From Macrostomum lignano (lineage: Eukaryota), in contig NIVC01000504.1 in assembly GCA_002269645.1 (NCBI GenBank), positions 206,792 through 270,791 on the forward strand: DNA of 64,000 bases, read 5' to 3'. Below the pieces are notes generated by a model, which did not search any database, was not told the origin of the DNA, and saw nothing but the letters and a program-made list of their open reading frames with translations. The position numbers and the translations under genes were made by a program. Shown piece after piece: positions 62,235-64,000 of the stretch. Position 1 is the stretch's first letter, and each line of letters opens with the position of its first letter.

Positions 62235-63758
62235 TTACAAACTGTTCGAACTTCTCTCGGGTGCTTCGTCAACCTCGTCACCATTAGCGCTGCTGACGTA
62301 GCGCTGGTAATCCAGGCCATTCAATTCCCTGCTGTCATTTTCGCTGTCACATTCGCTGGCTTCTTCACTGCAGTAGTCATCGAACTCAAGCATGCGTGCA
62401 GCTATTTTCGTGCTCACGCAACCGTAGTACAGAAGCAAAAAAACTGTCTCGACCACCATCACTACGTAGGACACCCAAAGATTGTTTGATTTACCCCAAA
62501 CTGGTTTAAGAATAGGCTGATTGTAAGGAATTTCCATCATAGATAATATAGTAACGCCAGCGATACTTGTGCCAACTGCCCAGATTGTGAATAGGAATCC
62601 CATGACTAAATTCTTGCTTCCAGCCGGTGCCACTCTGTACATGAGCTCGTAGCCCGCAACCAGAGCCAGAGCGTTGCTAATTCCATCCAGAGCGGATGCA
62701 GTTGCGTAGACGTTGTGAACCATTTGCGGATTCGGCGGCAAGAGATCATCTTCCATGGCAGCCCAGCAATTCCAGGCAATCAAAGCTACTCGGCAGAGTA
62801 GCAGCAAGAACACTCCAGAATAAAAACGGGCACTGATATGACCATTTTTGCTGTTCAAATAGCCAAGCTGAAAGCATACGACAAGCATAACCAGCGTAGA
62901 AATAGTTCCCGCATTGTATCCGATGAAAATCTCGGAGCAATTACTGCTGGTAGAGTTTTCTGTGGTACGATTCAAATAGAAATTTATCTCTTGACAGTAC
63001 AGACCACCGCGCACGAAACTGATAACGTTAACAAGTAGCACAAGCGGTGCTAGTAGCAAAAGTAGCGCAACAACGAGCTTTAGTAGGAAATAGGAAACCA
63101 TCAGACGCCTGGTGACGAACTCGGTGCAGATAGCTGCTCCAGTCGAGTCGAAGCAGAATGGATGCCGCTATTTGTACCAACGGCGGAATGCAGAATGCCC
63201 AGGTCAGATTGACAGAAGGTCGAATTATCCTCGGCAGTAAGCCAATTAACTCGCCAAGAGAAGCGGCTAGGTAATAAACTATCAGGCCGGGAATCGGACT
63301 ACCGATCTGTCCGAATGTGAGTTTCTGAGGCGCTGCAAGCATTGAAGCGACTCCGATACCATTGGCAAGACAGCCGGGCAGGAGACCGAAGAGGTACACC
63401 CACGTATGCAGATGAGTCCGGCCATCTCGACAGCGACAAAGTAAACAGCAGCTAGCAGTAATACGGCGCTAGAAATGCGCAGTAGAAGCAGCTCGCAAAG
63501 CCACTTATCAGCAACGAGACCGCCGAGAGCTGGCAGAAAGAATTCAATTATATACACTGAAATTAAGTATTTGTACATTTCTCCCTCGCTTCCTCCTTGG
63601 AAGTGACATCTTCCAGTCTCGGCGTCCTGCACGTAGTCGGTGATGCGAACGTCTCTCATGGCATTGAACGTTATGGTCGTGCACAATCGCATGATGAATA
63701 GTATTAGTAGGCTGTGCTTCCAAGTACACGAGGCGTTGTTAACAAAGTTGGAGATCAT
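62235..63758 (-). pseudogene. SLC15/POT-like copy 4, broken by two 1-nt deletions (or sequencing errors)
   Basis: Three consecutive ORFs (63758-63282, 63399-63028, 63101-62235) tile a full-length paralogue; frame shifts near 63405 (ICI-cg-WVYLFG) and 63075 (TKAR-tg-LRYF). Confidence 0.7.
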
Positions 63759-64000
63759 TTCGAGTTCCGGTGTTATGAATTAAACGGGCCTGAAAGAAGA
63801 AGTCTGTAATGTTTATACCCGTATGCATCAGCCGTAGCTACACAATACTGCTGGCTATATACTCGTAAGTGCATGTGTTGGAATCTCGTAGCAACCTTAA
63901 ATAAATAAAAATAACTTACCTACCTTCATAGATTTAAGCTGATTTCTCAGCTAAATTTCATGTGTTGACAGTGTCGTCTCTTGTGTTCAAATCTCGAAAA

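Noticed and set aside
42740-63729. Short overlapping alternate-frame ORFs in the SLC15-like genes (e.g. MTMKATDM.., MDPLHLT.., MVWRASPS..)
   Set aside because: They recur only because the host genes are duplicated; shadow frames.
1-64000. tRNA, rRNA or snRNA genes
   Set aside because: None recognised by eye; tRNAscan-SE and Infernal would be needed to exclude them.

Overview
Eukaryotic (metazoan invertebrate) genomic DNA with GT-AG spliceosomal introns. The minisatellite-stuffed introns and GC-rich exons are reminiscent of a free-living flatworm such as Macrostomum, but that is inference only. The left half (0.9-30.6 kb) holds four conserved minus-strand genes whose exons I joined in frame by hand: an SDR16C-type short-chain dehydrogenase (2 exons), a RETREG3/FAM134-like ER-phagy receptor (3), a C8orf34 orthologue (5) and G6PD (5). 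Ten of their 11 coding introns contain a tandem array, and a 4.8-kb 61-bp satellite with higher-order structure lies between C8orf34 and G6PD. The middle (30.6-42 kb) holds a decayed Crypton-type tyrosine-recombinase (YR) transposon inside a strongly CpG-depleted block, and a mariner element split by a 1,063-bp modular TIR element with an 8-bp target duplication. The right half (42.7-64 kb) is a tandem cluster of four single-coding-exon, highly divergent SLC15/POT-like membrane protein genes plus a 3' fragment, interleaved with two Ngaro/DIRS YR retroelement relics and a Gypsy pol fragment. Best leads: (i) inverted minisatellite arrays sharing variant blocks that enclose the last RETREG exon; (ii) the SLC15-like cluster, which lacks the proton-coupling motif and diverges mainly at gate-forming helices and loops; (iii) introns that are almost pure tandem repeat. 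Most long ORFs in the supplied track are repeat or antisense artefacts. All coordinates and counts were made by eye.
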